Source of the DNA: an uncultured Planctomycetales bacterium
GTDB lineage: Bacteria > Omnitrophota > Gorgyraeia > Zapsychrales > JANLHA01
Assembly (NCBI GenBank): GCA_964374105.1
Contig: CAYJXI010000004.1
Location: 13,202 to 77,201, forward strand
DNA: 64,000 bases
Direction: 5' to 3'
The translations under genes and the position numbers were made by a program. The notes under the pieces are model-generated. The model was not told the origin of the DNA and did no database searches. It saw nothing but the letters and a program-made list of their open reading frames with translations. Positions 29,201 to 40,393 of this stretch are shown one piece after another (position 1 is the first letter of the stretch; each line of letters starts with the position of its first letter).

Positions 29201-30403
29201 CGAAATGGTTCGGTCAGTATCAACAACGAATATGGCCGAGAATTTGAACGGTATCAATTACCCCAAGGGGCCGCGATTAAGTTTGCTGATGAATCTTCCA
29301 TCGAGAAGGGAGAAATTTTTGCCACCTGGGATCCCTATACGATTCCTATCATCACCGAAGTGAAAGGGGCCGTTAATTCCGAAGATCTCATTCATGATGT
29401 CACTGTACAAGAAGAACAAAATCCTATCACTGGGATTACGGAACGGGTTATTGTGGAACATAAACAAGAATATCATCCGCAGATTATCATTACGGATGAG
29501 AAGCAGGAGGTGGTGGGAATTTATTCCATTCCGGTAGGGGCGCACATACTGGTGAGTGATAAACAATCAGTGAACGCCGGGGATTTGATAGCCAAAATCC
29601 CTCGGGGTATTGGAAAAACTCGAGATATCACGGGAGGTCTGCCTCGGGTAGCGGAGTTGTTTGAGGCTAGACGTCCCAAAGATCCCGCTGTTATTAGTGA
29701 GATCGATGGCAATGTTGAATTCGGTGAAGATCGAAGGGGGTTACGCACAATCATCATTAAAAGCCCTACCGGGATGACCAAGGAATACACCATCCCTCAT
29801 GGGAAACACCCCAACGTTTATAAGGGTGATCGGGTTTTTGCCGGTCAACAGTTAACAGACGGGCCGGTCGTTCCTCAGGATATATTGCGTGTCTGTGGGG
29901 ATAAGGTTTTGCAGGAATACCTTCTTAATGAAATTCAAGAGGTCTATCGTCTGCAGGGTGTGAGGATTAATGATAAGCACATTGAGCTTATCATTTCGCA
30001 GATGTTAAAGAAGGTCAAGATTGAAGATTCGGGGGATACTCATTTTCTTGTAGGAGAACAGGTAGATCGCATCAAATTTAAAAAGGAGAATGAAGAAGTT
30101 TTAAAGAAGAAAGGAAAACCTGCTCAAGCTACCCCCTTATTGTTGGGGATTACTAAGGTTTCTTTAACCACCGACAGTTTTATATCTGCTGCCAGTTTCC
30201 AAGAAACGACCAGAGTCTTGACAGAGGCAGCAGCGTCTGGTAAAATCGACATTTTATCTGGATTGAAAGAAAATGTCATTGTTGGACATCTTATTCCAGC
30301 GGGAACAGGCCTTAAATTTTACGATCAAGTAGAAATGGTAAAATATGCCAACGATACAACAACTCATAAGGAAGAGAAGAAGACAGAAAATCCGGAAGAG
30401 TAA
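26279..30403 (+). CDS. rpoC: DNA-directed RNA polymerase subunit beta'
   Basis: 1374 aa with an N-terminal zinc-finger CNCGKY..C, the NADFDGDQM catalytic motif, and trigger-loop/bridge-helix regions. Confidence 0.95.
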   Translation: MSSIKKEILESDTVSIKIASPEVIRSWSHGVVRKAETLNYRTLKPEKDGLFCERIFGPVRDWECNCGKYKGTKFRGITCDRCGVTIAKSNVRRERMGHIELACPVTHIWFYKAVPSRLSALLQISLRDLEKLIYYEEYLVIDPGESPLKKNEFLSEEQYQEAIVKYGGNFKAKIGAEAVKDLLKEIDLNTLCKKLRKDLEKINPNSTNAKKISKTLKIVEDYKSSGNKPEWMVLDVLPVIPPDLRPLVPLEGGRFATSDLNDLYRRVINRNNRLKKLIDLKAPEIIIRNEKRMLQEAVDALLDNGRHGRPVLGSGNRPLKSLSDMLKGKQGRFRMNLLGKRVDYSGRSVIVVGPKLRLHECGLPKKMALELFEPFIIRKLREKGYVHTIRGAKRMVERAKIEVWDILDEVITDHPIMLNRAPTLHRLSIQAFQPILTEGKAIKLHPLVCSAFNADFDGDQMAVHVPLSLEAQIECRLELLSVNNLFSPADGRPIVSPTQDMVLGLYYLTKDKPEDRLDKKLFFNSQEVIIAYNDGQLKLHSGIKLRINQPVWGDEKPSLIISQEQSTKIDKEPEKKAIVEKTQIIETTVGRVFLNGLLPEGFGYVNETMDKKKIGAVISDCYKRFGQNTTVQLLDKLKDYGFESATIAGISISIEDLTSPKEKDKHIKEAKLDVSKIEDQYRKGIITGRERYNKIIDVWTHTTEKISDLVFQQMDPFNPLFIMADSGARGSRLQIRQLSGMRGLMAKPSGEIIENPITASFREGLTVLEYFISTHGARKGLADTALKTADAGYLTRRLVDVAQEVVIIEVDCGTVNGITVSAIVEGDELVVSLKERITGRVALDSIADVVTDQVIVEAGEEITEEKAVVIEQLGIEKVRIRSVLTCETDRGVCIKCYGRNLATQRLVEIGEAVGTIAAQSIGEPGTQLTMRTFHIGGTASRAVEQSYYKAKNKGIVKYHQLRVVARNKEYVVLNRNGSVSINNEYGREFERYQLPQGAAIKFADESSIEKGEIFATWDPYTIPIITEVKGAVNSEDLIHDVTVQEEQNPITGITERVIVEHKQEYHPQIIITDEKQEVVGIYSIPVGAHILVSDKQSVNAGDLIAKIPRGIGKTRDITGGLPRVAELFEARRPKDPAVISEIDGNVEFGEDRRGLRTIIIKSPTGMTKEYTIPHGKHPNVYKGDRVFAGQQLTDGPVVPQDILRVCGDKVLQEYLLNEIQEVYRLQGVRINDKHIELIISQMLKKVKIEDSGDTHFLVGEQVDRIKFKKENEEVLKKKGKPAQATPLLLGITKVSLTTDSFISAASFQETTRVLTEAAASGKIDILSGLKENVIVGHLIPAGTGLKFYDQVEMVKYANDTTTHKEEKKTENPEE

Positions 30404-30716
30404 ATCCCCGGCTTTAACCGAGTGTCCGCAGAGAAGGGGGGTATGCCTCCAGGTGAGGACCATGACTCCTAAGAAACCCAACTCGGCATTGCGCAAGATT
30501 GCTCGGGTTCGTCTCTCTAATCATATTGAGGTCACCTCGTATATACCCGGAGAGGGGCATAACCTCCAGGAGCACTCGATTGTGTTAGTCAGGGGGGGGC
30601 GTGTTAAAGATTTGCCCGGTGTTCGATATCACATTGTTCGAGGGACTTTGGACGCAGCGGGGGTAGATAAACGTAAAAAATCGAGGTCTAAATACGGAAC
30701 TAAACTTCAAAAATAA
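30345..30716 (+). CDS. rpsL: 30S ribosomal protein S12 (overlaps the rpoC 3' end by 59 nt in another frame)
   Basis: [10 protein letters not shown]...[16 protein letters not shown]...[10 protein letters not shown] aligns residue for residue with canonical S12 from the first Met; 123 aa. Confidence 0.9.
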   Translation: MPTIQQLIRKRRRQKIRKSKSPALTECPQRRGVCLQVRTMTPKKPNSALRKIARVRLSNHIEVTSYIPGEGHNLQEHSIVLVRGGRVKDLPGVRYHIVRGTLDAAGVDKRKKSRSKYGTKLQK

Positions 30717-30738
30717 TTTTAATTGGTAAAAAGGAATC

Positions 30739-31209
30739 ATGAGACGACGCAGAGCAGAACGAAGAGAGGTTCAAGTAGATCCAAAATTTAACAGCCAATT
30801 AGTGGCAAAGTTTATCAATATTGTTATGTTTAAGGGAAACAAAAATGTTGCCGAAAAAATTGTTTATGGGGCATTAGATATCTTAAAAAAGAAAACCCAA
30901 GAAGAGAGTGCCATAAAGGTCTTTAATAAAGCCATTGACAATGTCCGCCCTAAATTGGAATTAAAACCAAGGCGGGTAGGAGGGGCTACCTATCAAATAC
31001 CAGTGGAGGTTTCTCTCCTTCGCGGCAATTCTTTGGCGCTTCGTTGGGTTAGAGATTTTGCTCGTAAGAAAAAGGGAAAAGCTATGATTATGAAATTGGC
31101 TGACGAACTTCTGGCGGCTTATAAAGGAGAAGGGCAAGCTATTAAAAAACGTGATGAAACGCATAAAATGGCTGAGGCTAATAAGGCCTTTGCCCATTTG
31201 AGGTGGTAA
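30739..31209 (+). CDS. rpsG: 30S ribosomal protein S7
   Basis: 156 aa; canonical S7 core and C-terminal HLRW-like end. Confidence 0.9.
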   Translation: MRRRRAERREVQVDPKFNSQLVAKFINIVMFKGNKNVAEKIVYGALDILKKKTQEESAIKVFNKAIDNVRPKLELKPRRVGGATYQIPVEVSLLRGNSLALRWVRDFARKKKGKAMIMKLADELLAAYKGEGQAIKKRDETHKMAEANKAFAHLRW

Positions 31210-31211
31210 GG

Positions 31212-33296
31212 ATGGTCCAAACGGCTTCTTTAAAAAATTTAAGAAATATTGGGATTATTGCCCATATCGATGCTGGGAAAACAACAACCACAGAACGTAT
31301 CCTTTTCTATACAGGGGTAATCCATAAAATGGGTAATGTGGATGAGGGAACCACCACCACCGACTGGATGCCGCAGGAAAGGGAACGTGGAATTACCATT
31401 ACGGCTGCCAGTACGACCTGTTATTGGCAAGACAAAAAGATCAATATTATCGATACTCCCGGACACGTAGACTTTACTATAGAGGTGGAGAGGTCTTTAA
31501 AGGTTTTGGATGGGGCGGTTGTGGTTCTCTGTGGAACAAGCAGTGTTCAACCGCAAACCGAGACTGTTTGGCGTCAAGCAGAACGATATCATGTCCCCCG
31601 GATTTCTTTTGTCAATAAGATCGACCGTCTCGGGGCAAATTTTGACCGCGTCATTAACGATATTCATGACCGATTAGGGGCCAATGCCGCAGCCATTTAT
31701 TTTCCGGATGGGAGTGAGGATAACTTTAAAGGTATTGTGGATATCATTAACAATCAATATATTGCTTACAAAGATGCCGAAGGGTTGGAGATGGAAAGAA
31801 AAGAAGTTCCAGAGGCTTTAAAGGAAAGATTGAATGATTATCGTCATAAATTGGTTGAACGATTGGCGGAAGCGGACGATTTTATCATGGAGAAATTTTT
31901 AGAAGAAAAAGAAATTCTCCCTGAGGAGATGATGTCGGCGATTCGCCGGGCGGTTCTGAAATGTAAATTTTTACCTGTTCTTGTTGGGACCGCCTTAAGA
32001 AACAGAGGTGTCCAGCTGGTTTTAGATGCCGTTTGCGATTACCTGCCCTCGCCGTTTGATATCCCACCCATTACTGGAATTGATCCCAAAACTAAAGAAA
32101 CCACCCAGCGAGAAGTATCAGACAAAGCTCCTTTAAGTGCGCTTGTTTTTAAGATCGCTTCTGATCCTTATGTCGGAAAACTATTTTATACCAGAGTCTA
32201 TTCTGGACGGATTGATACCGGGACTCCGATTTATAATTCCACAAGACAATTAAGGGAACGAGTCGCTAAAATTGTGGTGATGCATGCCAATAAGCAGGAA
32301 ATCGTTACCAAAGGAGAGACAGGAGAAATTGTGGCCCTGGTGGGGTTTAAGGATACCAAATCGGGAGATACGATTTGTGATGAAAAAATCCCCATCTTGA
32401 TTGAAAGTATGAAAATCCCTGAACCGGTTGTCTCTATGGCGATAGAACCCAAAACAAAAGCCGATCAAGATAAATTAGGGTTAACCTTAAGGAAATTCCT
32501 CGATGAAGATCCATCCTTGAGGGTGAAATATGAACAAGAAACCGGGCAAACCATCATTTCCGGTATGGGGGAATTACATTTGGAAATTATTATTGACCGA
32601 ATGAAACGAGAACATAACCTGGAAACAAATATTGGACGGCCAGAAGTCGCTTATCATGAAACGATTACCCAAAAGGTCACCGGGGTGGTGGGAAAATTTA
32701 TTTCCCAAACCGGTGGTCGGGGTCAGTACGGGCACTGTGTCATTAATGTGGAACCTGCAGAAGAACGAGGCAAGGGAATTAGTTTTATCAATAAAATCAA
32801 AGGAGGGTCTATCCCTCGAGAATTTATTCCTGCTGTAGAAGACGGGATCTATATGGCCGCCCAAAATGGAATCTTGGCTGGGTATCCTGTTACCGATTTT
32901 GTTGTGACCTTAGTGGATGGTTCTTATCATGAGGTGGATTCAAGCGAAATTGCCTTTCAGTTAGCCGGTAAATATGCCTTGAAAGAGGCCTTACAGAGAG
33001 GTGGATCCGTATTCATTGAACCGATTGCAGATTTAGAGATCGTTGTACCTGAAGAGTTCATGGGATCGGTCATTGGTGATTTAAATTCCCGAAGGGCAAA
33101 GATTGTATCAATGGGAACTCAAGGAAAATTAAAAACCGCTCGTTGCGAGGTCCCTGTTGCTGAAATGTTTAATTATGCCAATGCCCTTCGTTCACTCACA
33201 CAGGGACGAGGTTCATTTTCTATGGAACCATCATTCTATGCCGAAGTCCCTCAATTTATCGCCGAGAAGATCAAAGGCGCTAGAGAGAATCCATAA
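31212..33296 (+). CDS. fusA: Elongation factor G
   Basis: NIGIIAHIDAGKTTTTERIL G1 motif, DTPGHVDF, NKIDR; about 695 aa. The track starts at GTG 31203 inside the rpsG stop; ATG 31212 with AGGTGG upstream is preferred. Confidence 0.9.
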   Translation: MVQTASLKNLRNIGIIAHIDAGKTTTTERILFYTGVIHKMGNVDEGTTTTDWMPQERERGITITAASTTCYWQDKKINIIDTPGHVDFTIEVERSLKVLDGAVVVLCGTSSVQPQTETVWRQAERYHVPRISFVNKIDRLGANFDRVINDIHDRLGANAAAIYFPDGSEDNFKGIVDIINNQYIAYKDAEGLEMERKEVPEALKERLNDYRHKLVERLAEADDFIMEKFLEEKEILPEEMMSAIRRAVLKCKFLPVLVGTALRNRGVQLVLDAVCDYLPSPFDIPPITGIDPKTKETTQREVSDKAPLSALVFKIASDPYVGKLFYTRVYSGRIDTGTPIYNSTRQLRERVAKIVVMHANKQEIVTKGETGEIVALVGFKDTKSGDTICDEKIPILIESMKIPEPVVSMAIEPKTKADQDKLGLTLRKFLDEDPSLRVKYEQETGQTIISGMGELHLEIIIDRMKREHNLETNIGRPEVAYHETITQKVTGVVGKFISQTGGRGQYGHCVINVEPAEERGKGISFINKIKGGSIPREFIPAVEDGIYMAAQNGILAGYPVTDFVVTLVDGSYHEVDSSEIAFQLAGKYALKEALQRGGSVFIEPIADLEIVVPEEFMGSVIGDLNSRRAKIVSMGTQGKLKTARCEVPVAEMFNYANALRSLTQGRGSFSMEPSFYAEVPQFIAEKIKGARENP

Positions 33297-33334
33297 CGAA
33301 AAAGTAAACTTTTTTCAAAAGGGGAGGAATAGAA

Positions 33335-34531
33335 ATGGCTAAAGGAAAATTCGTAAGAAATAAGCCACATGTCAATATTGGTACCATCGGTCACGTTGAC
33401 CATGGGAAGACGACCTTAAGTGCTGCGATTTCCACTATTTTGTTTAAGAAGGGTTTGGCCAGTGAGGCAAGAACCTATGATTCCATCGACAACGCTCCAG
33501 AAGAAAGAGAGCGAGGGGTTACTATCAATATCTCTCATCTTGAATATGAAACCGAGAAAAGGCATTATGCTCATATCGATTGTCCTGGCCATGCTGACTA
33601 TATTAAAAACATGATTACCGGAGCGGCCCAGATGGATGGGGCTATTCTTGTTGTCTCTGCGGCTGATGGCCCGATGCCCCAAACCCGAGAGCACATTTTG
33701 TTAGCGCGTCAGGTTAACGTTCCTCAGCTGGTGGTTTTTATGAATAAGTGTGATCAAGTTCAAGACAAGGAACTCTTAGACCTCGTTGAACTGGAAGTCA
33801 GGGACCTCTTAAAGAAATACAAATTTGACGGGGATAAGACTCCTATTATTAAAGGAAGTGCTTTAGATGCCTTAAACCATCCGGAGGATCCGCAGAAAGC
33901 TCAGCCTATTTTGGATTTGATGAAGGCGGTGGATGAATTTATCCCCGAACCTAAAAGAGAGTTTGATAAGCCCTTTTCCATGGCGGTTGAGGACATTTTC
34001 TCTATATCCGGACGGGGAACTGTCGCCACCGGCAGAATTGAACGCGGGAAAGTTAAAGTGGGTGATGAAGTGGATGTGGTTGGACTTCGAGAAAATATTC
34101 AAAAGACAGTTGTTACTGGAGTTGAGATGTTCCGTAAAGAACTGGATGAAGGGATTGCCGGTGACAATGTAGGGCTCCTTTTGCGCGGTATGGATAAAGG
34201 TTCCATTGAGCGAGGAATGGTTTTAGCTAAAATAGGATCCATCCAGCCACATACGAAATTTAAGGCCCAAGTCTATATTTTAACAAAAGAAGAGGGTGGG
34301 CGTCATACTCCCTTTTTCAAAGGGTACCGACCGCAATTCTATTTTAGAACCACGGACGTGACGGGAACCGCCGAATTACCTGCCGGACAGGAAATGTGTA
34401 TGCCGGGGGATAATGCAGAACTTACGGTTGAGTTGATCACTCCCGTGGCTATGGAAAAGGAATTGCGATTTGCTATTCGTGAAGGTGGAAAAACAGTTGG
34501 GGCAGGTGTGATCTCAGAGATTTTAAAGTAA
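33335..34531 (+). CDS. tuf: Elongation factor Tu
   Basis: [22 protein letters not shown]; 398 aa. Confidence 0.95.
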   Translation: MAKGKFVRNKPHVNIGTIGHVDHGKTTLSAAISTILFKKGLASEARTYDSIDNAPEERERGVTINISHLEYETEKRHYAHIDCPGHADYIKNMITGAAQMDGAILVVSAADGPMPQTREHILLARQVNVPQLVVFMNKCDQVQDKELLDLVELEVRDLLKKYKFDGDKTPIIKGSALDALNHPEDPQKAQPILDLMKAVDEFIPEPKREFDKPFSMAVEDIFSISGRGTVATGRIERGKVKVGDEVDVVGLRENIQKTVVTGVEMFRKELDEGIAGDNVGLLLRGMDKGSIERGMVLAKIGSIQPHTKFKAQVYILTKEEGGRHTPFFKGYRPQFYFRTTDVTGTAELPAGQEMCMPGDNAELTVELITPVAMEKELRFAIREGGKTVGAGVISEILK

Positions 34532-34573
34532 GTTATAAAGAATGGGGTCCTTAAGGAACTGTATTACCTTAAA

Positions 34574-34876
34574 ATGCAGAAGATAAGAATAAAATTGAAG
34601 GCCTTTGATCATCGTCTTATTGATCAGTCTGCACAAGAGATTGTGGATACGGCTATCCGTACCGGTGCCAAGGTCTCGGGGCCAGTTCCTTTGCCGACCA
34701 AAAAGGAGTTGTATACGGTGTTACGTTCACCGCATATTGATAAAAAATCGCGCGAACAATTTCACTTGGCGATTCATAAACGCCTCATTGATCTTATTGA
34801 CCCAACCGCGAAGACCATTGAAGCCCTGCGGAAATTAAATTTGCCGGCAGGTGTGGATGTGGAAATAAAGCAGTGA
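34574..34876 (+). CDS. rpsJ: 30S ribosomal protein S10
   Basis: 100 aa; [20 protein letters not shown] is a canonical S10 start. It is the first gene of the S10 operon. Confidence 0.9.
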   Translation: MQKIRIKLKAFDHRLIDQSAQEIVDTAIRTGAKVSGPVPLPTKKELYTVLRSPHIDKKSREQFHLAIHKRLIDLIDPTAKTIEALRKLNLPAGVDVEIKQ

Positions 34877-34941
34877 GGTTTTGAATTTATTTAGTCATTT
34901 AGAGTTTAGGGTTTAGGATTTGTATGGGATGAGAGAATAAA

Positions 34942-35676
34942 ATGATCCGTGGATTACTTGGGAAAAAAATAGGAATGACACAAATTTTCGACAAAGAAGG
35001 GAATGTTATCCCGGTGACAGTTGTCGAGGCAGGTCCTTGTTATATATTGAATCTTCTGGAAAACCCTTTGAAGGTAAGATTGGGCTTTGATCCGCTAAAG
35101 GAGTCGCGGGTTAACAAACCTAAATCAGGATTTTTTAAAAAGATCGGGGTGAAGCCGTTACGGTTGATAAGAGAACTCGAATCCACCGACAATAAGGAGT
35201 ATAAGATCGGCCAAGAACTGAGGGCAGATGTTTTCAAGGCAGGAGATTTTGTGGATGTGACTGGTATATCGAAAGGCAAGGGGTTTCAAGGGGGAATGAA
35301 GCGGTGGAACTGGGCGGGTGGACCGGGATCCCATGGATCGATGCATCATAGGAGGGTTGGAGCAATATCATCCAGTGCCGATCCATCTAGAGTCTACTTG
35401 GGGACGCATATGCCTGGACATATGGGACACGATCGCGTGACCGTTCAAGGCCTAAGAGTCATTCAAGTGGATGTAGAAAATAATTTGCTTCTCATCAAAG
35501 GGGCAGTCCCGGGACATAAGAATAGCTGGCTAACTATCAATCGATCCAAAAAGAAGGTTTTCAAGTCACTGGATGAAACGAAACCAGTTGTTTCTAAGAA
35601 AGTCAATCCAATGAAACAAAGTAAAGCCAAGGTTGCCGGCAAGGTTCCGGCTGGGAAGCCCGCGGCTAAGGCATAA
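34942..35676 (+). CDS. rplC: 50S ribosomal protein L3 (with Lys/Ala-rich C-terminal tail)
   Basis: [16 protein letters not shown] is a canonical L3 N-terminus. Confidence 0.9.
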   Translation: MIRGLLGKKIGMTQIFDKEGNVIPVTVVEAGPCYILNLLENPLKVRLGFDPLKESRVNKPKSGFFKKIGVKPLRLIRELESTDNKEYKIGQELRADVFKAGDFVDVTGISKGKGFQGGMKRWNWAGGPGSHGSMHHRRVGAISSSADPSRVYLGTHMPGHMGHDRVTVQGLRVIQVDVENNLLLIKGAVPGHKNSWLTINRSKKKVFKSLDETKPVVSKKVNPMKQSKAKVAGKVPAGKPAAKA

Positions 35677-35687
35677 TAGTTAAGGAT

Positions 35688-36320
35688 ATGGGAACGTTGA
35701 CATTACAAGTTTTAAATAAAGAAGGGAAAGAAGCCGATAAAATCAATCTTCCTGAAGATATTTTTGGGAAGGGAGTCAATACCAAGGTCCTTCATCAGGC
35801 GGTGGTGATGTATCAGGCGTGTTTACGCCAGGGGACAAGTTCAACAAAAACCAGAGGAGAAGTTTCTGGAGGCGGCAAAAAGCCCTGGCGCCAGAAAGGT
35901 ACTGGTCGGGCTAGAGCGGGATCGATCCGTTCTCCTTTGTGGATTGGCGGAGGCGTTGTTTTTGGCCCCCACCCGCGTGATTTCGGCTATTCTATTTCTA
36001 AAAAAGTCAAAAGAGTGGCTTTAGCAGAAAGTTTGAATGCCAAGTACCAATCTAAAGATTTAATTGTTTTAGAAGAATTCAAAGATAAATTGACCAAGAC
36101 CAAAGAGTTTGCCAAGATCTTAAAGACATTGAATCTGGGAGGTAAAATCTTAGCACTTTTAGATGGCTGTGATGAAAGTGTGAAATTGGCGGGTCGTAAT
36201 ATTTACAAATTTCGAATCAAACGAGCCGAAGATGTGAATTGCTATGATGTGTTGCGAAATAAAACATTGCTAGCAACTAAATCAGCCTTTTTAAAATTAT
36301 TGGATCGGATTAAGAATTAA
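35688..36320 (+). CDS. rplD: 50S ribosomal protein L4
   Basis: Position and length (210 aa); conserved GTGRAR motif. Confidence 0.9.
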   Translation: MGTLTLQVLNKEGKEADKINLPEDIFGKGVNTKVLHQAVVMYQACLRQGTSSTKTRGEVSGGGKKPWRQKGTGRARAGSIRSPLWIGGGVVFGPHPRDFGYSISKKVKRVALAESLNAKYQSKDLIVLEEFKDKLTKTKEFAKILKTLNLGGKILALLDGCDESVKLAGRNIYKFRIKRAEDVNCYDVLRNKTLLATKSAFLKLLDRIKN

Positions 36321-36330
36321 CAGAGCATTT

Positions 36331-36609
36331 ATGATCACTAGTTACGATATTATTAAAACATTGATTCGGACCGAAAAAGGAACAGAACTGGAGCCCTTAA
36401 GAAAGTATCTTTTTGAAGTTTCTTCTTCGGCCAATAAAATCCAGATCAAGAAGGCCATTGAAGAGATTTACAATGTTAAGGTTGACTGTGTGAATACGGT
36501 GATTGTTGCCGGAAAACGAAAAAGAGTACGGCAAGAGTTCGGATATACCAGCGATTGGAAAAAGGCGGTTGTAACACTTAAAGAAGGACATAAAATTGAA
36601 GTCACATAA
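36331..36609 (+). CDS. rplW: 50S ribosomal protein L23
   Basis: 92 aa; conserved S10-operon order. Confidence 0.85.
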   Translation: MITSYDIIKTLIRTEKGTELEPLRKYLFEVSSSANKIQIKKAIEEIYNVKVDCVNTVIVAGKRKRVRQEFGYTSDWKKAVVTLKEGHKIEVT

Positions 36610-36627
36610 TTAATAAGAGGTGGCAAC

Positions 36628-37461
36628 ATGGGGATTAAAAGATTTAAACCTACCACAAGCAGTTTAAGGCATACTGCTATTTCCGACTTTAGTGAGATCA
36701 CTAAAGATAAACCAGAGAAATCTCTTTTAAGGCCTTTACGCAAAAAAGGTGGCCGCAATATGTACGGCCGGATTTCGGTACGGTTTAGGGGTGGTGGACA
36801 CAAAAGGATGTATCGACTCATTGATTTTAATCGAAATCGTTTCGATGAAGAGGCGGCGGTTCTGGCCATTGAATATGACCCCAATCGGTCCGCCCGAATT
36901 GCGCTTATTCGGTATCCGGATGGAACAAAATCTTATATCTTGGCACCTCTTGAGCTTGTGGTTGGGTCAAAGATTATGAGTACGAAAAGTAAAGAAATTG
37001 AGATCAAACCTGGCAATGCCATGCTGCTCAGGATGATCCCTTTAGGAACAGCGATTCATAATATCGAAATTGAACCAGGCAGAGGTGGAAAGCTGGTTCG
37101 ATCAGCAGGTTCCTCAGCCCAATTGATGGCTAAAGAGGGAGAATATGCCCATGTTCGATTACCTTCCAATGAGGTTCGAAAATTTAGATTAGATAGTTTA
37201 GCTACGATAGGACAATTGGCGAATGTGGAGCATGAGACCATTTCTATTGGGAAAGCAGGGCGATCTCGTTGGTTGGGGAGACAACCCCATGTCCGAGGAG
37301 CGGCTATGAATGCTGTCGACCATCCCCATGGCGGTGGAGAGGGTAAAGCCCCGCAAGGGAATCCTCATCCGGTTTCTCCCTGGGGGCAAGCCACCAAGGG
37401 TTTAAAAACACGTAGTAAGAAAAAATACTCTGATCAGTTTATTGTCAAAAGAAGGAAATAG
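36628..37461 (+). CDS. rplB: 50S ribosomal protein L2
   Basis: 277 aa; the GRNxxGRIxxRxRGGGHKR-like segment and the C-terminal [18 protein letters not shown] motif are present. Confidence 0.95.
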   Translation: MGIKRFKPTTSSLRHTAISDFSEITKDKPEKSLLRPLRKKGGRNMYGRISVRFRGGGHKRMYRLIDFNRNRFDEEAAVLAIEYDPNRSARIALIRYPDGTKSYILAPLELVVGSKIMSTKSKEIEIKPGNAMLLRMIPLGTAIHNIEIEPGRGGKLVRSAGSSAQLMAKEGEYAHVRLPSNEVRKFRLDSLATIGQLANVEHETISIGKAGRSRWLGRQPHVRGAAMNAVDHPHGGGEGKAPQGNPHPVSPWGQATKGLKTRSKKKYSDQFIVKRRK

Positions 37462-37466
37462 AAAAG

Positions 37467-37754
37467 ATGCCGCGTTCGGTTAAAAAAGGTCCTTATGTGG
37501 AGGCAGCCTTATTAAAGAAATTAAAAAGATTAATGGATACGGGTCAACGTCAACCGATTAAGACCTGGTCCAGGCGATCAACTGTTACTCCTGAATTTGT
37601 AGGGTATACAGTGGCTGTCCATGATGGTCGTAAACATGTTCCTATTTATGTGACGGAGAATATGGTAGGATATAAATTTGGTGATTTTGCACCGACACGA
37701 ACTTTTAGGAAACACGGCGGGGTCAAAGCCAAAAGGGGCCCTGAGAAAACTTAA
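37467..37754 (+). CDS. rpsS: 30S ribosomal protein S19
   Basis: [11 protein letters not shown] is a canonical S19 start; 95 aa. Confidence 0.9.
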   Translation: MPRSVKKGPYVEAALLKKLKRLMDTGQRQPIKTWSRRSTVTPEFVGYTVAVHDGRKHVPIYVTENMVGYKFGDFAPTRTFRKHGGVKAKRGPEKT

Positions 37755-37768
37755 AAATTTGGATATTT

Positions 37769-38104
37769 ATGATTGTCAGAGCTTATGGAAGATATCTAAG
37801 AGCCTCCCCCATGAAGATCAAGCAGGTGATTGATCTTATTCGGGGAAAAGAGGTCAGGGCATCGTTGGCCATTTTGACTCATCTGAATAAAAGATCTTCG
37901 GGGCTTATTACGAAGGTTTTGAATTCCGCTGTTAGCAGTGCAAAGCAAAAGGGACTGAATGAAGAGCAATTATATATCTCTAAGATTACCGCTGATCATG
38001 GCCCTATGTGGAAACGGTTCCGTGCCGCGGCCTTTGGTCGAGCGACACCTATTTTGAAAAGAACAACACACCTGAAAATAGAATTGGATTTAAAAACACG
38101 ATAG
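37769..38104 (+). CDS. rplV: 50S ribosomal protein L22
   Basis: 111 aa; RYLRASPMKIKQVIDLIRGK matches the L22 N-terminal consensus. Confidence 0.9.
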   Translation: MIVRAYGRYLRASPMKIKQVIDLIRGKEVRASLAILTHLNKRSSGLITKVLNSAVSSAKQKGLNEEQLYISKITADHGPMWKRFRAAAFGRATPILKRTTHLKIELDLKTR

Positions 38105-38115
38105 GAGATTCAAAA

Positions 38116-38775
38116 GTGGGACAAAAAGTACACCCCTTCTTGCAAAGAATTGGGATCAACACCACTTGGCGAAGTTTATGGTACGCTGATCGGAAAGAAT
38201 ATGCTCAAAATGTAACAGAAGATTTTAAGATTCGAAAGTTCATTAAAGAAAAGTTTGCCCAGGCGGCTGTGTCGCATGTTGTGATTGAGCGTTTGGCTGA
38301 TCAAGTGAAGATCAAAATTGCGACAGCCCGGCCGGGGATCATCATTGGCCGTCGAGGAGCCGATATTGAACGTTTACGAGAAGATTTGCGTAAAATCACC
38401 AATAAGGAAATTGAAGTTGAGATCAATGAAATCAAGGTCCCGGTCATGGATGCCCAGCTGGTAGCCCAAAATGTAGCTTTTCAACTGGAAAAAAGAGTGG
38501 CCTTTCGCCGGGCAGTCAAAAGGGCCCTTGAACAGTCGATACAAGCGGGTTCCAAAGGTATTAAGATCAGTATGGCCGGAAGATTAGGGGGAGCAGAAAT
38601 GGCTCGTCGTGAAACCTATCATGAGGGGAGCCTCCCGCTGCAGACTTTAAGGGCTAATATCGATTACGGTTTTGCCGAGGGCTTTACAACTTATGGGTGC
38701 ATTGGAATTAAGGTTTGGATTTATAAAGGAGATATCTTGAAGGACAAAAATAAAGAAGAGAAATTGAAGAAATAA
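38116..38775 (+). CDS. rpsC: 30S ribosomal protein S3
   Basis: GTG start giving MGQKVHPFLQRIGIN (canonical S3 N-terminus), with AGGAG 7 nt upstream. The track ORF (38008) starts inside rplV and is rejected. KH domain and GRLGGAEMAR motif are present. Confidence 0.9.
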   Translation: MGQKVHPFLQRIGINTTWRSLWYADRKEYAQNVTEDFKIRKFIKEKFAQAAVSHVVIERLADQVKIKIATARPGIIIGRRGADIERLREDLRKITNKEIEVEINEIKVPVMDAQLVAQNVAFQLEKRVAFRRAVKRALEQSIQAGSKGIKISMAGRLGGAEMARRETYHEGSLPLQTLRANIDYGFAEGFTTYGCIGIKVWIYKGDILKDKNKEEKLKK

Positions 38776-38799
38776 CGGATTTAAAGGAGTGAAGTAGTT

Positions 38800-39216
38800 A
38801 TGCTTTTAATGCCCAAAAGAGTGAAATATCGTAAGGCCCAGAAAGGGAAGGTTCGCGGGATTGCGTTACGAGGGCATCGCTTGATTTTTGGAGAATTTGG
38901 TCTTAAGGCCTTAGACAATGGTCTTATTAAAGGAAGTCAGTTGGAGGCCTGTCGGGTTGTCATAGCAAGAAAATTGTCAGGAGCCGGTAAGCTTTGGATC
39001 AATGTTTTCCCCAATAAACCGGTCACAAAGAAACCAGCAGAAACACGCATGGGAAAGGGGAAAGGAGATCTCGATCATTGGGTCTGCCAGATTAAAAGAG
39101 GACGGATGATCTTTGAATTAGGAGGTATTCCGGAGGATTTTGCCCGACAAATTTTTCGACTGGTTGCCTTTAAATTGCCTATAAAAACACGATTTGTTAA
39201 ACGGCTTGGTTATTAA
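38800..39216 (+). CDS. rplP: 50S ribosomal protein L16
   Basis: MLLMPKRVKYRKAQKG matches L16; AAGGAG lies 10 nt upstream. Confidence 0.9.
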   Translation: MLLMPKRVKYRKAQKGKVRGIALRGHRLIFGEFGLKALDNGLIKGSQLEACRVVIARKLSGAGKLWINVFPNKPVTKKPAETRMGKGKGDLDHWVCQIKRGRMIFELGGIPEDFARQIFRLVAFKLPIKTRFVKRLGY

Positions 39217-39242
39217 TTTAACTTGAATTAAAAATTGCAGTC

Positions 39243-39449
39243 ATGAAAACAAAAGAGTTGAGAATTTTAAGTTCCGAAGAACTCATCCAAAAGGAAAAAA
39301 ATCTAAAAAAAGAGTTATTTGAGCTGAATTATCAACGGAAAATTGGGCGGGTCGATAAACCGTCTCGTTTTAAATTGATCAAAACTGATATTGCACGAAT
39401 CCTCACAATTTTGAAAGAAAGAGAAAAAGATGGAAGCAAGACTCAATAG
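39243..39449 (+). CDS. rpmC: 50S ribosomal protein L29
   Basis: 68 aa; KELRILSSEEL...KELFELN is a typical L29 helix. Confidence 0.85.
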   Translation: MKTKELRILSSEELIQKEKNLKKELFELNYQRKIGRVDKPSRFKLIKTDIARILTILKEREKDGSKTQ

Positions 39450-39699
39450 AAGAAAGCATCTTTCGGGCTGGGTGATCAGCGATAAGATGAATAAGACACG
39501 TGTCGTACAAGTCCAATGGGTCTCTAAGCATACCAAATATAATAAAACAATAAAACGATTTGTGAAATTTAAGGCTCATGATGAGAAGAATGAATCAAAG
39601 ATGGGAGATCTTGTCAGGATTATGGAGACCCGCCCCCTGTCCAAAGATAAACGCTGGGTGATTATGGAAGTTGTAAAGCGAAATCAATCAAGGAATTAA
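39430..39699 (+). CDS. rpsQ: 30S ribosomal protein S17
   Basis: GWVISDKMNKTRVV matches the S17 consensus; overlaps rpmC by 20 nt. Confidence 0.85.
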   Translation: MEARLNRRKHLSGWVISDKMNKTRVVQVQWVSKHTKYNKTIKRFVKFKAHDEKNESKMGDLVRIMETRPLSKDKRWVIMEVVKRNQSRN

Positions 39700-39700
39700 T

Positions 39701-40069
39701 ATGCTTTGGATGAAGTCTATTCTAGATGTGGCTGATAATACCGGAGCCAGAAAGGCTTCTTTGATTGGGGTTCTTAATAGCAAGGGAAGGCGTTGGGCCC
39801 GAGTGGGAGACATTGTTCGGATTAATATCAAGGCATCGGATCCGGATGCGGCCATCAAAAAAGGAGACAAGGCTAAAGCGGTTATCGTTAGAACGAGATC
39901 TCCTATTCGTCGTCCCGATGGCACTTATGTACGGTTTGATTCTAATGCCTTGGTGATTATTGATGAAACCGGAAATCCTAAAGGGACTCGAGTCTTCGGT
40001 CCAGTGGCAAGGGAATTAAGAAATCTCGAATTTATGAAAATTATTTCCCTGGCTCCAGAGGTGGTCTAG
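39701..40069 (+). CDS. rplN: 50S ribosomal protein L14
   Basis: ILDVADNTGARK is a canonical L14 motif; 122 aa. Confidence 0.9.
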   Translation: MLWMKSILDVADNTGARKASLIGVLNSKGRRWARVGDIVRINIKASDPDAAIKKGDKAKAVIVRTRSPIRRPDGTYVRFDSNALVIIDETGNPKGTRVFGPVARELRNLEFMKIISLAPEVV

Positions 40070-40381
40070 ATGTTACGGATTAAAAAAAACGATAAAGTGA
40101 TGGTTATTACAGGTAAGGATAAGGGGAAGATGGGAAAAGTTCTACGGGTCATCCCTAAGGAAGATCGGCTTGTTGTAGAAAATATTAATGTCACTAAAAA
40201 AGCCGTTAGGAAGTCTCAAAAAAATCCTCAGGGAGGGGTTATCCAAATTGAGTCACCAATTCATCGTTCCAATGTTATGGTGGTTGACCGAAAGACCAAT
40301 AAACCCACCCGGTTTGGTATTTCTATCCTTAAGGATGGCAGTAAGGTTCGTATCAGTAAAAAAAGTCAGGAAGCGCTTTAA
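40070..40381 (+). CDS. rplX: 50S ribosomal protein L24
   Basis: KOW motif IKKNDKVMVITGKDKGKMGKVLRV. Confidence 0.9.
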   Translation: MLRIKKNDKVMVITGKDKGKMGKVLRVIPKEDRLVVENINVTKKAVRKSQKNPQGGVIQIESPIHRSNVMVVDRKTNKPTRFGISILKDGSKVRISKKSQEAL

Positions 40382-40393
40382 AGGTAAAAAAAT

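Noticed and set aside
30345-30403. Programmed frameshift or fusion between rpoC and rpsL
   Set aside because: S12 has its own ATG and a complete canonical N-terminus. A simple overlap explains the arrangement without invoking recoding.
38008-38115. Upstream extension of the rpsC ORF proposed by the track (METVPCRGLW…)
   Set aside because: It overlaps the rplV 3' end in another frame. The canonical S3 N-terminus MGQKVHP begins at GTG 38116 with AGGAG 7 nt upstream.
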